Positions 20,368-30,622 of a DNA stretch of 64,000 nt are shown one piece after another. Both the position numbers and the translations under genes were made by a program. This DNA comes from Dyadobacter sp. (lineage in GTDB: Bacteria; Bacteroidota; Bacteroidia; Cytophagales; Spirosomataceae). Location of the stretch: positions 143,303-207,302 of the forward strand of contig NZ_JAGIAS010000004.1 in assembly GCF_017744695.1 (NCBI RefSeq), in the 5' to 3' direction. Under the pieces are notes generated by a model. The model was not told the DNA's origin. It saw only the letters and a program-made list of their open reading frames with translations, and did not search any database. Position 1 is the first letter of the stretch, and every line of letters starts with the position of its first letter.

Positions 20368-22225
20368 TGAAGTTTTGGGACTCAATCACCTTTTCCGTTG
20401 CGATCAACTCATTCTCATGAGGGAAGTTCGATTCAGGTGTTTGAGAATACGGGATGTTCTGAGGGATGAAGTCCTCTTTGGCACCCGGTTTGCTGTAATC
20501 ATATGACCACCGATATACCGCAGGAATTTCGCCTTCCCAGTTTCCGTGACCCGGAATGATAGGTGCAGTCCATTCGAGCGTGTTTGAACGCCATGGATTT
20601 TGCGGGGCTTTTCTTCCTTTGAAAATGCTGTAAAAGAAGTTCCAGAGGAATATGAACTGTGCAAGGAACGTGAATATCGCCGCGATGGAGATAAACATGT
20701 TCATATCCATGAACTTATGTGTAAAGTCGTAGCTGGTGAACTGATAGTAACGACGAGGGAAGCCCGCGATACCCACGTAGTGCATTGGGATAAACACCAG
20801 GTAAATTCCGATGAAAGTCAACCAGAAGTGCGCCTGCCCCAGTGAGGTATTCATCATGCGGCCGAACATCTTAGGGAACCAGTGGTAAACCCCTGCGAAA
20901 AGACCGAACGCTGACGCCGCACCCATTACCAGGTGGAAGTGAGCTACTACGAAGTATGTATCGTGCAACTGAATATCCAATGCACTGTTACCCAGGATAA
21001 TACCGGTCAAACCACCTGATACGAACAGGGAAACCAGACCGATAGAGAACAACATACCAGGGGTAAACACGATGTTACCTTTCCAGAGTGTTGTGATGTA
21101 GTTAAAGCCTTTCACCGCAGAAGGTACCGCGATAATCAGCGTCAGGAACATGAAGACCGATCCGAGGAATGGGTTCATACCTGTTACGAACATGTGGTGC
21201 GCCCATACGATAAATGCGAGGAATGCAATACCGAGCATGGAAGCGATCATCGCACGGTAACCGAAGATCGGCTTGCGTGAGTTCGTCGCGATTACTTCGG
21301 ATGTGATACCCAAAGCTGGCAAGAGTACGATGTATACCTCAGGGTGACCGAGGAACCAGAACAAGTGCTGGAACAAGATCGGGCTACCACCCACGTTTGG
21401 CAGCGCTTCACCATTAATATAAATGTCAGAAAGATAGAAGCTGGTGCCGAAGTGACGGTCGAAGATCAGCAGCAATACAGACGAAAGCAATACAGGGAAA
21501 GAGATCAAACCCAGTACGGCAGTGATCAGGAATGACCAGATCGTCAGAGGCAGACGGTCGAAAGACATACCTCTTGTACGCAGGTTGATAACCGTAGTAA
21601 TGTAGTTGATACCACCCAACAGCTGCGACACGATAAAGAATGCCATACTAGCCAACCATAATGTCATACCCATGCCTGAGCCCGGGTGCGCCTGTGGCAA
21701 TGCGCTCAATGGAGGGTAAATTACCCAACCGCCGGCAGCAGGCCCTTGTTGCAGGAACAGAGAAGCGAACATGATCACGCTGGCCAGGAAGAAGAACCAG
21801 TAAGAAAGCATGTTCATAAAGCCCGACGCCATATCGCGTGCTCCCACTTGAAGAGGGATCAGGAAGTTACTGAAAGTACCGCTCAAACCGGCCGTCAATA
21901 CAAAGAATACCATGATGGTACCGTGCATTGTAACCAGAGCCAGGTAGAAGTTCGGGTCAAGCTTACCTGCATCGCTGATCCAGCCACCGAGGATTGGCTT
22001 CAACCAGGACAGGTTAGAATCGGGCAAACCGAGCTGGATACGGAAAATCACCGACATGGTAATCCCGACAACAGCCCACAAGATACCCGTGATCAGATAC
22101 TGCTTGGCAATTACCTTGTGATCTTCACAAAATATATATTTCTGCCAAAAGCTTTGTGCTTCGTGGTGGTGGGCATGCTCATCTGCGTGGTGGTGAGCTG
22201 TTTCCAATCCTTCAATAGCTGACAT
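20342..22225 (-). CDS. ctaD: Cytochrome c oxidase subunit I (A1-type heme-copper oxidase)
   Basis: HGTIMVFF, FWFLGHPEVY, WAHH, HDTYFVVAHFH, PRRY. Confidence 0.97.
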   Translation of the reverse strand: MSAIEGLETAHHHADEHAHHHEAQSFWQKYIFCEDHKVIAKQYLITGILWAVVGITMSVIFRIQLGLPDSNLSWLKPILGGWISDAGKLDPNFYLALVTMHGTIMVFFVLTAGLSGTFSNFLIPLQVGARDMASGFMNMLSYWFFFLASVIMFASLFLQQGPAAGGWVIYPPLSALPQAHPGSGMGMTLWLASMAFFIVSQLLGGINYITTVINLRTRGMSFDRLPLTIWSFLITAVLGLISFPVLLSSVLLLIFDRHFGTSFYLSDIYINGEALPNVGGSPILFQHLFWFLGHPEVYIVLLPALGITSEVIATNSRKPIFGYRAMIASMLGIAFLAFIVWAHHMFVTGMNPFLGSVFMFLTLIIAVPSAVKGFNYITTLWKGNIVFTPGMLFSIGLVSLFVSGGLTGIILGNSALDIQLHDTYFVVAHFHLVMGAASAFGLFAGVYHWFPKMFGRMMNTSLGQAHFWLTFIGIYLVFIPMHYVGIAGFPRRYYQFTSYDFTHKFMDMNMFISIAAIFTFLAQFIFLWNFFYSIFKGRKAPQNPWRSNTLEWTAPIIPGHGNWEGEIPAVYRWSYDYSKPGAKEDFIPQNIPYSQTPESNFPHENELIATEKVIESQNFNDQFKTHH

Positions 22226-22253
22226 ATACTTTATTGTATTTTAATTAATAGAA

Positions 22254-23363
22254 TTATCGTAGACTAGAACTTGCTCCGGCACCGCCAGCTGATGTTGCTG
22301 AGCTGTCGGCCGCAGGCGTTGCCGCTTCGGCAGGCACATATTTCATCGCCTTCGCTTTCAGGTTCTCAGGAACTTTCGCAAGATACTCTGGGTAAGTCGA
22401 CAGGAACGTAGCCTGTTCGGAAACCCATTTTTTGTATGTAGCCTCGTCGTCTACGATCAATCTCATTTTCATTGAAAAGTGACCTTGTCCACATACCTCC
22501 GTACAAGCAATCTCGTAGTCAAATTTCGGGTTACCGGTTTCGGCGCGCATGTCTGCGGTCGTTTTGTCCGGTACGAACCAGAATTTGGTTGGCATACCTG
22601 GCACCGCATCCATTTTCACACGCATGTGAGGAATGAACACGCTGTGCAACACGTCGCGGGCACGGATTTTCAACAGTACCGGACGGCCTACCGGAATGTG
22701 CATTTCAGAAGGGTTGGTAAAGTCGTCGAAAGAGTTTTCATCCGATAAGTCGATACCTACTTCGTTTTGTGCGTCAATCAGTTTATAATTGTAATCACCC
22801 AGCTTGTTATTATCAACGCCGCCGTAACGTGCGATCCAGTTGAACTGCTTACCGGTGATCTCGATCACTTCAGCGTCGCGTGGGGCCTCCGCAGTAATAT
22901 CCGACCATGCTTTCCAGCCTGTGAATACCAGCAATGCCATTACGATGGCGGGGATGATAGTCCAAACCAATTCAAGCTTATGGTTTTCAGGATAGAATGT
23001 CGCTCTGTGCCCTTTCTTGTGTTGATATTTCCAGGCGAAGAAAAACACCAGGAAGTTCACGATGATGAAAGGAATGGTAAGGATTCCCATTGAGAACCAG
23101 AACAGGTCGTCGGTTCTTCTACCGTGTATCGAAGACGCTTCGGGAAGGAAGAATTCACGTGCATGCAGGTATGACCAGGTAATGGAAACAGCGCCTCCAA
23201 TCAGGATCACGATAAACATGGCACCATTGAATTTATTACCAGAAGTTTCAACCTCCTCTGAATCGGTTTTGTTGATACTCTTCAAAACACCCTGCAGCCT
23301 GGATATCACAACCCCGGTGAGGACAATAAATACAAGAGCAACTAATGCGATAATAATATACAT
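22254..23363 (-). CDS. ctaC: Cytochrome c oxidase subunit II (CuA; no fused cytochrome c)
   Basis: LELVWTIIP, DVLHS, CTEVCGQGHFSM CuA motif. Confidence 0.95.
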   Translation of the reverse strand: MYIIIALVALVFIVLTGVVISRLQGVLKSINKTDSEEVETSGNKFNGAMFIVILIGGAVSITWSYLHAREFFLPEASSIHGRRTDDLFWFSMGILTIPFIIVNFLVFFFAWKYQHKKGHRATFYPENHKLELVWTIIPAIVMALLVFTGWKAWSDITAEAPRDAEVIEITGKQFNWIARYGGVDNNKLGDYNYKLIDAQNEVGIDLSDENSFDDFTNPSEMHIPVGRPVLLKIRARDVLHSVFIPHMRVKMDAVPGMPTKFWFVPDKTTADMRAETGNPKFDYEIACTEVCGQGHFSMKMRLIVDDEATYKKWVSEQATFLSTYPEYLAKVPENLKAKAMKYVPAEAATPAADSSATSAGGAGASSSLR

Positions 23364-23384
23364 GATGATTTACTGGTTTTGCAA

Positions 23385-24761
23385 TTAGGCGATATCGTGA
23401 TGCAGTGATTCCTCCAACATCGGGTGATTTCTCGGGATCAGATTTGCCTTGGTCAACTGGTTTGCGATTGAATATGCAAAGGCACAAAGGAAGATCAGGA
23501 AGAAGCCCCACTCCAATGGTCCAAGCTCAGCGCTGGCACCTACCGTTCCCGGCATAACGTTCGTGTAGAAATCGAACCAGTGTCCGACGATCACACTCCA
23601 GCAAGCCACTTTCAGGATCGAATGTGTGAACTTCGCGTCGCGGGTCATCAATACCAGGAACGGAAAGAAGAAGTTCAGGAACAATGTAATAAAGAAAGGC
23701 GCTTTGAAGAATCCACCGTGTCCGCGGAAACGCTCGATGAAATAGATCGTTTCTTCCGGAAGGTTAGCATAGTAGATCAAAAGGAATTGTGCGAACCACA
23801 CATATGTCCAGAAAATACTGAATGCAAATACAAACTTGCCAAGGTCGCGAAGGTGGCTTGAGTTAACAGCTCTCAGGTAACCTCTTTCTCGCAATGTTAC
23901 GATCGTCAGGGTGATTACCGCCAGACCAGCCACGTGCCAGCTTGCGAGCGTATACCAACCGAACATGGTGCTGAACCAGTGCGTATCGATTGACATCACG
24001 AAATCCCATGCAGATGTAGAAGATGTTACACCGAATACCACCAGGAACGCTGTTCCCAAACGGATCGATTTTTCGTAGAACTCAGTTCCGCCGATTTCAT
24101 CTTCCTGCAAGGATAGTGTACGGATCTTTCTCCACATCAGGTACCATACTGCAAAATACACAACCAGACGCCCCAGGAAGAAAGGTGTATTCAAATAGCC
24201 GTGTTTGCCGGCGATGATTTTGTCGTATTCAGGACCACCTACTTCGTAAAGGCCTTCGTGCGTCCAGTGGAACAAGTCATGACCACCCAAAAGGAACGTA
24301 ATGATCATCACTGCACCTGTTACAGGAAGGAATGCCGGTAATGCCTCAGGTACTCTTTTGAATACCGCCGACCAGCCAGCTTGTGCCAGGTAGTTATAAG
24401 AAAGGAAGAACATCCCTACAACGGACATTCCGGTAAAATATACACCATTTACCCAAAGGTTAGCCCAAATGCGCGCCACCCAGCTCTTCGCATGGTGACC
24501 GCCTTCTGCCGCAGCGCCGTGAGCGTCTGCGCCATGTGCCGCAGCTGCTGCTCCGTGCTCAGCCGCCGCATGGCCTGCTGCCGCTGCATGTTCTGCTCCG
24601 TGCGCAGCCACTTCATGACCACCACCGCCATTGGCTGCGAGGTATGCTCCTAATAGTACAAGAGCCAGTCCTACACCGCCACCAATGAGCAAACTTCTCT
24701 TAGCTCCCGATGTAAATTCAAACCGTTCTTCAATAGAAGGAATCGAATGTCCTGATGCCAT
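23385..24761 (-). CDS. actF: Alternative complex III membrane subunit ActF
   Basis: Polytopic NrfD-like; WDFVMSIDTHWFSTMFG, FSIFWTYVWFAQFLLIYYANLPEET; operon position. Confidence 0.88.
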   Translation of the reverse strand: MASGHSIPSIEERFEFTSGAKRSLLIGGGVGLALVLLGAYLAANGGGGHEVAAHGAEHAAAAGHAAAEHGAAAAAHGADAHGAAAEGGHHAKSWVARIWANLWVNGVYFTGMSVVGMFFLSYNYLAQAGWSAVFKRVPEALPAFLPVTGAVMIITFLLGGHDLFHWTHEGLYEVGGPEYDKIIAGKHGYLNTPFFLGRLVVYFAVWYLMWRKIRTLSLQEDEIGGTEFYEKSIRLGTAFLVVFGVTSSTSAWDFVMSIDTHWFSTMFGWYTLASWHVAGLAVITLTIVTLRERGYLRAVNSSHLRDLGKFVFAFSIFWTYVWFAQFLLIYYANLPEETIYFIERFRGHGGFFKAPFFITLFLNFFFPFLVLMTRDAKFTHSILKVACWSVIVGHWFDFYTNVMPGTVGASAELGPLEWGFFLIFLCAFAYSIANQLTKANLIPRNHPMLEESLHHDIA

Positions 24762-24795
24762 TATTTAAAATATTTCTCTGTTTTCAAAATTGTAC

Positions 24796-25419
24796 TTAAG
24801 CCCCTTTCTGCAATTTCTGTACGTAGTGTACGATCTTCCAGCGTTCCTCAGGGTTGATCTGGGATCCGTGAGGCCACATGCGTGCTTTCCCGTGTGTGAT
24901 CACGTGGAAAATATGTCCTTCATTCAGGTTTTTATAAGCATCGCTCGCATAGTTGGGAACACCTTTATACATTGCTCCCACTTTTCCGTCACCGGCACCG
25001 GAAGCGCCGTGGCAATGCTGGCAATATCTGTCATAAAGTACTTTTCCCTCCGCCAGTGTTTTCTCGTTCAGAGGAACCGGGTTTTTAAGTACTCTTTCCG
25101 AAATCTCGATGCTATCGGCCGGAATGTTGTAAACCATCAGGTCAACAACTGCCGAATCCGAAGATCCGAAGCTTGTGTGGTAGTTACGTCTCGCAACAGT
25201 ACCAGCCACCGGCAAACGCATCGTCAATCCCTGCGGGTTGATCGGGTTGGCCTTTTCCTGCTTGTATGGTTCATAACCTACGGGCAGGTACATGTTTGGT
25301 GCATATTCCTTCCCTGGATTGTTGGGATCCTTTTTGCAACCAGCAGCGGCAGTAAGCAATACGGCAGCAACCAATAGAGATCTATATAAACTTTTCAATT
25401 TCATTGCTTTAAACGCCAT
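24796..25419 (-). CDS. actE: Alternative complex III monoheme cytochrome c lipoprotein ActE
   Basis: Lipobox AAAG-C, CQHCH heme motif, distal Met region HGKARMWPHG. Confidence 0.9.
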   Translation of the reverse strand: MAFKAMKLKSLYRSLLVAAVLLTAAAGCKKDPNNPGKEYAPNMYLPVGYEPYKQEKANPINPQGLTMRLPVAGTVARRNYHTSFGSSDSAVVDLMVYNIPADSIEISERVLKNPVPLNEKTLAEGKVLYDRYCQHCHGASGAGDGKVGAMYKGVPNYASDAYKNLNEGHIFHVITHGKARMWPHGSQINPEERWKIVHYVQKLQKGA

Positions 25420-25949
25420 TAGAATTGCTTAATGTTGACTTCTTCCGCGCCGCTGTCTTTCAACGCTCTCGCTATCTCTTCTTCGCTCATTGAGTTTCTG
25501 CTCATCTCGATCGCCATCACAAACTTGTTGTCTGTGGCTCGTACGTCGAATCTTGGATGGAAATGCGTACCAGGTCCGAGCCCATTCGAAATGAAGAAGG
25601 TGATCACCATACCGAATGCAGTGAAAAGCACTGTTCCTTCGAATGTGATGGGGATATAGTTAGGAATCGAGATCGGATCTTTACCACCAATGATCATCGG
25701 CCAATCAAATCCCATTGTCCAGATCATCAGCGTCAGCACGCAGCAGCATCCTGTCACGCCAAACATAAAGGCAGCAATACCAATACGCGTTCTTGGGTGA
25801 CCTAGTGCTTCGTCCAACCCGTGGATAGGGAATGGAGAGTATACTTCTTTGATTTTCACACCGGCTTTTCTCAGTTTAGGAACCGCGTGAAGAACAGTAT
25901 CGTCATCGTCGTAAACTCCGACCAAATATTTACCAGATAATTCTGCCAT
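25419..25949 (-). CDS. actD: Alternative complex III subunit ActD (DUF3341)
   Basis: YSPFPIHGLDEALG, PITFEGTVLF; two TM helices. Confidence 0.9.
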   Translation of the reverse strand: MAELSGKYLVGVYDDDDTVLHAVPKLRKAGVKIKEVYSPFPIHGLDEALGHPRTRIGIAAFMFGVTGCCCVLTLMIWTMGFDWPMIIGGKDPISIPNYIPITFEGTVLFTAFGMVITFFISNGLGPGTHFHPRFDVRATDNKFVMAIEMSRNSMSEEEIARALKDSGAEEVNIKQF

Positions 25950-25996
25950 ACTATTACTTAATTATAATCTCTATAATTCGCTTTTTCGCAATGCTT

Positions 25997-27430
25997 TTAT
26001 TCCTGATCCTTATTGTAAACCGGCTCAGCAGTTCCACGCTGTCTTACTTTCGCAACTCCGGCGATTTTAGCTGGCAACTGTGCAGAAGTCGAACGCAATA
26101 CCGCTTTTACTTCCGCCATGTTTACTACCGGCAGGTATTTCGAGAACAGGAGGAACAATGTGAAGAACAAACCGAAGGAGAAAATGTAATCCCCGATATC
26201 GTATCTCGTTGGCGAGAACATCGACCAGCTTGAAGGAACGTAGTCACGGTGCAGGGAGGTTACGATAATTACGAAACGCTCGAACCACATACCGATGTTT
26301 ACAACCACAGAGATGAAGAATGTAAACGTGATGTTGCGACGCAGTTTTCTTGACCAGAAAAGCTGCGGAGAGATTACGTTACAGGTCATCATCGCCCAGT
26401 ATGCCCACCAGTAAGGACCGGTCATACGGTTGAAGAATGCGTAGTATTCGTATTCAACACCACCGTACCATGCGATGAAGAACTCAGTGATATAGGCCAC
26501 ACCCACGACAGAACCTGTCAGCGTAATAACCTTATTCATTGTTTCGATGTGCTCCAATGTAATGTAGTCTTCCAATTTGTAAACTACACGTGTGATCAGC
26601 ATCAGGTTTTGTACCATCGCGAATCCGGAGAAGATCGCACCCGCAACGAAGTACGGAGGGAAGATCGTTGTATGCCATCCCGGAATTACCGAGGTAGCAA
26701 AGTCCATACTTACAATGGTGTGTACCGAAAGTACGAGTGGCGTAGAAAGACCCGCAAGGATCAATGAAATGTATTCGTAACGTGCCCAGGTCTTAGCTGA
26801 ACCGTCCCAGCCCATGGCAAATGTTCCGTACATGAATTTCGAAACTTTGCTGGTAGCGCGGTCGCGGATCGTAGCGAGGTCAGGGATCAGACCGATGTAC
26901 CAGAAAACCAACGATACGGAGAAATAAGTACTGATCGCAAATACGTCCCAAACGAGTGGTGAGTTGAAGTTAACCCAAAGTGAACCGAACGCGTTTGGCA
27001 ATGGAAGAGCCCAGTAAGCCATCCAGGGACGACCCATGTGCATCAAAATAAATGAAGCAGCACAAATAACGGCGAAGATCGTCATCGCTTCCGCTGCGCG
27101 GTTGATGGAAGTTCTCCATTTCTGACGGAAGAGCAAGAGGATCGCGGAGATCAGCGTTCCCGCGTGACCGATACCTACCCACCATACGAAGTTGGTGATG
27201 TCCCAGGCCCAACCTACTGTTTTATTCAAACCCCAAACTCCGAGGCCTTCCCACCAGGTCCAGGCAAGACATGCGGATCCATACGCCAGAACGATAAGCG
27301 AAAGTCCGAAAGCGATCTTCCATTCTTTCGTTGGAGTTGCCTCCACGTGACGACATATGTCTTCCGTTACGTCCGCGTACGTTTTCCCACCTTGGATCAG
27401 CGGTTCTCTTACAGGTGAAGTAACATGCAT
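25997..27430 (-). CDS. actC: Alternative complex III NrfD/PsrC-family subunit ActC
   Basis: WDITNFVWWVGIGHAGTLISA, HMGRPW, LSVHTIVS, WFERFVII. Confidence 0.93.
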   Translation of the reverse strand: MHVTSPVREPLIQGGKTYADVTEDICRHVEATPTKEWKIAFGLSLIVLAYGSACLAWTWWEGLGVWGLNKTVGWAWDITNFVWWVGIGHAGTLISAILLLFRQKWRTSINRAAEAMTIFAVICAASFILMHMGRPWMAYWALPLPNAFGSLWVNFNSPLVWDVFAISTYFSVSLVFWYIGLIPDLATIRDRATSKVSKFMYGTFAMGWDGSAKTWARYEYISLILAGLSTPLVLSVHTIVSMDFATSVIPGWHTTIFPPYFVAGAIFSGFAMVQNLMLITRVVYKLEDYITLEHIETMNKVITLTGSVVGVAYITEFFIAWYGGVEYEYYAFFNRMTGPYWWAYWAMMTCNVISPQLFWSRKLRRNITFTFFISVVVNIGMWFERFVIIVTSLHRDYVPSSWSMFSPTRYDIGDYIFSFGLFFTLFLLFSKYLPVVNMAEVKAVLRSTSAQLPAKIAGVAKVRQRGTAEPVYNKDQE

Positions 27431-27481
27431 ACTACTATTTATTTATAATGATTGGATCGTCAATAATTCTAAACTCTGATA

Positions 27482-30400
27482 TTAGGCGTGCTCTTTCTCA
27501 ACCTTCTCTACTTTCGCAGCTGCATCCTTGTTACGGATTTTGGTGAGGTAAGAGATCTGCGGACGAACGTTGATTTCTTCCAGCATATGGAATGCACGTC
27601 CTTCTCTTTCGACTTCGAGCAATTTCGAAATGCGGCTTTCAGGATCGTTCATGTCTCCAAAAGTAATTGCGTTGGTCGGGCATGAAGATGCGCAAGCCAC
27701 GTTTACTTCACCGTCGACGATACGTCTTCTTTCCTTCTTCGCAGTAAGCTTAGCCTCCTGGATTCTGTGAACACACATCGAGCATTTTTCGATAACCCCT
27801 CTTGAACGTACTGTCACATCAGGGTTAATGACCATTTTACCGAGGTCATTGTTGAATGCGTAATCGAAGTTGTCGTTATCGAAATATTTGAACCAGTTGA
27901 AACGACGTACTTTATATGGGCAGTTGTTTGCGCAATATCTTGTACCTACGCAACGGTTGTAAGTCATTTGGTTCAAGCCCTCGGAGCTGTGGGTGGTAGC
28001 CAATACCGGACATACCGTCTCGCAAGGAGCATTGTTACAGTGCTGGCAAAGCATCGGCTGGAATGTAACTTCCGGATTTTCAGAAGCAATTTCCAATCCG
28101 CGAAGATCCTCTACATCCGCATCGCTGCTGTAATAGCGGTCGATACGCAGCCAGTGCATTTCACGGGCATTGATGATTTCCTGGCGGCCAACAACCGGAA
28201 TGTTGTTCTCGTTCTGACAGCTGATCACGCAAGATCCGCAACCGAAGCAGGTGTTCAGGTCGATCACCATACCCCACGAGTGGTTTTTGTATTTGTGACC
28301 GTTCCAAAGCGATAGGTCAGTTGCATCAACTTCTCCCTCCGAAGTCTGGATTTTCGGAACGAAACGTCCGGCCATCGGATCTTTCTGGAAGTGAGCGAGT
28401 ACAGTCTCTTGCAGAACCGACTTACGGTTCATTACGGTATTGTGCGTCTGAGTCTGAGCAATTTCGCGGGTTTCACCTGTTTTTGAAACAGTTACTTCGC
28501 CCGGAGTGAAGTTCAGGAAGCCGTCGGTGAAAGTAGCAAACGGGAATACGTTTTTACCTACACCATTGGCTGATTTACCAGCTTTTTCACGACCGAAACC
28601 AATCGCAACCGCAACGGTTCCTTGCGCAAGACCTGGTTGAATAATCACCGGCAATTCTACTGATTTGCCTTTCAGGTCTACCTTCACAACATCACCTTGT
28701 GCAAGGCCAAGTTCCTTTGCAGTCTTTTGTGAAAGACCCGCGTGGTTATCCCAGCAAGCTTTCGTGATCGGATCGGGATTTTCCTGCAACCAAGGATTGT
28801 TTGCAGCGAAACCAGTACCCATACCTACGTTTTCGAAGATCGCCAGTTCAAGACCTGATGACGATGCTTTGTATCTTTTCGCAATACCGGCAGCAGCAGC
28901 AGCGATGTTTCCGGTGAATGCAGCACCCGTAGCAGCCGATGCCGAAGCTACATCGAATACACCGTCGTGCAGGGACTTAATCCAGAATTTCTCGAAGTCA
29001 CCACCTGCGCTTTGCGGATAGATGTTCTTTCTCCAATATGCCTTTACATATTCATGGTAGTCAGCCGAAGCCCCTGCCCATTTCAAAAGGCTTGCTTGTG
29101 CCTGGCGCGTGCTGAAAATCAGGCTTATCGCCGGCTGCATCAAGCTGTATGACCCTGCAACCGGTTCTGCATCACCCCATGATTCGAGGTAGTGCGGCGC
29201 AGGAAGGATGTATTTCAAAAGGGAAGATGTTTCATCTGCACGGTCGTTGAACGACACGCTCAATGAAACCTGTGGCAATGCAGCAGCCAGTTCCGCACCG
29301 CGTGGGTGATCGTAAACCGGGTTAGCACCCCACAAAATCAATGCAGAAACTTTACCGCCTTTGATCTCATCGATCAGTTGGTTGGTAGCGATGTCGTTAC
29401 CCTGACGGTAGTTCGCAGGTTTGTCAAGATTGATAGTTGAACCGTAGCTTCCCAGCAGGCTGTTCAGCGCGTTTACGATCACCTGTACCGAAGGGTCGTT
29501 TACACCAGAAACAACTACTGCCTGTCCTTTCGCAGCTACGAGGTCCGCAGCAGCTTTGTCCAGGTTGTCGATGTTCAATGCCGGTGTAGCAACCGGAGCA
29601 CCGCCCAGTTTCGCTGCTACCTTGTTATAAAGTGCAGCCGCTACCAGACCGATCTGCGAAGGTTTCACCGAAGTACGGTAATCCGCATTAGCACCGGTCA
29701 GTGAAAGTGTTGATTCGAATTGGTACAAACGGGACATTTCCTTATTACCCTCTTTCTCGCTGCTCACGCGACGGGTGTCCGCGAATTGCTTAGAGAATGT
29801 ATCAGGCGCAAGCCATGTTCCGAGGAAGTCGCCATCAATACCTACGACTACTTTTGCTTTGCTGAAATCGTAAGAAGGGATTACAGCTTTGCCGAATGAC
29901 AACTCGTTACCTTTTACAATAGCGTAAGATGAGTTGGCATCGTAAACCACATGGGTAGTGGTTGGATATTTCGCAGTGAAGTCTGCAATTACCGCCTTGG
30001 TCGACGGGCTCAGAATGGTTGAAGTAAGAATACGGATCGCTCCGCCTTTTGCTGCGATTGCCCCAAGTTGATCAGCGATCTCCTTGTCAACAGCTTCCCA
30101 GCTTACTTTTGTATCTTCTCCTTTTTTAGGACCTTTCAGTTTCTCATTGTCGTACAGGCCGAGCAACGAAGCGTGTGCACGTGAGCTCACACCGTAAGAT
30201 ACTTTTGAAAGGGAATTGCTTTCTATTTTAATAGGTCGGCCCTCGCGGGTTTTGACCAGGATACTCGCGTAATCTCCACCTTCTGCGTAAGTGGAGGCAT
30301 ACCAGTTAGATATAGTCGGGAATTCGCCCTCCGGCTTGTTAACGTAAGGGATCGCCTTCTTAACCGGGGTCTCGCAAGCAGCCAGGGATACCGCCGCCAT

Positions 30401-30577
30401 TCCAAAGCCCAATACTTTAAGGAAATCACGACGATGAGTGCCTACGCCATCCACCAGGCTTTCATACTGACTTTCGGTCGGTGCGCTTGGGAACTCTGAA
30501 CTTGCATCCTTTACAAACTTCTCGTCATTCCTCAGCTCTTCAAGTCCCCGCCAGTATCTTTTATTAGTATTTTCCAT
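27482..30577 (-). CDS. actB: Alternative complex III subunit ActB (molybdopterin-oxidoreductase-like + Fe-S domain)
   Basis: YWRGLEEL start, RRDFLK Tat-like motif, Fe-S motifs CFGCGSC, CQHCNNAPCETVCP, CVGTRYCANNCPYK, CSMC. Confidence 0.93.
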   Translation of the reverse strand: MENTNKRYWRGLEELRNDEKFVKDASSEFPSAPTESQYESLVDGVGTHRRDFLKVLGFGMAAVSLAACETPVKKAIPYVNKPEGEFPTISNWYASTYAEGGDYASILVKTREGRPIKIESNSLSKVSYGVSSRAHASLLGLYDNEKLKGPKKGEDTKVSWEAVDKEIADQLGAIAAKGGAIRILTSTILSPSTKAVIADFTAKYPTTTHVVYDANSSYAIVKGNELSFGKAVIPSYDFSKAKVVVGIDGDFLGTWLAPDTFSKQFADTRRVSSEKEGNKEMSRLYQFESTLSLTGANADYRTSVKPSQIGLVAAALYNKVAAKLGGAPVATPALNIDNLDKAAADLVAAKGQAVVVSGVNDPSVQVIVNALNSLLGSYGSTINLDKPANYRQGNDIATNQLIDEIKGGKVSALILWGANPVYDHPRGAELAAALPQVSLSVSFNDRADETSSLLKYILPAPHYLESWGDAEPVAGSYSLMQPAISLIFSTRQAQASLLKWAGASADYHEYVKAYWRKNIYPQSAGGDFEKFWIKSLHDGVFDVASASAATGAAFTGNIAAAAAGIAKRYKASSSGLELAIFENVGMGTGFAANNPWLQENPDPITKACWDNHAGLSQKTAKELGLAQGDVVKVDLKGKSVELPVIIQPGLAQGTVAVAIGFGREKAGKSANGVGKNVFPFATFTDGFLNFTPGEVTVSKTGETREIAQTQTHNTVMNRKSVLQETVLAHFQKDPMAGRFVPKIQTSEGEVDATDLSLWNGHKYKNHSWGMVIDLNTCFGCGSCVISCQNENNIPVVGRQEIINAREMHWLRIDRYYSSDADVEDLRGLEIASENPEVTFQPMLCQHCNNAPCETVCPVLATTHSSEGLNQMTYNRCVGTRYCANNCPYKVRRFNWFKYFDNDNFDYAFNNDLGKMVINPDVTVRSRGVIEKCSMCVHRIQEAKLTAKKERRRIVDGEVNVACASSCPTNAITFGDMNDPESRISKLLEVEREGRAFHMLEEINVRPQISYLTKIRNKDAAAKVEKVEKEHA

Positions 30578-30622
30578 AAAACTATTCAATACAATGAGTT
30601 GTATCCGGTATTATTTTCTTGA

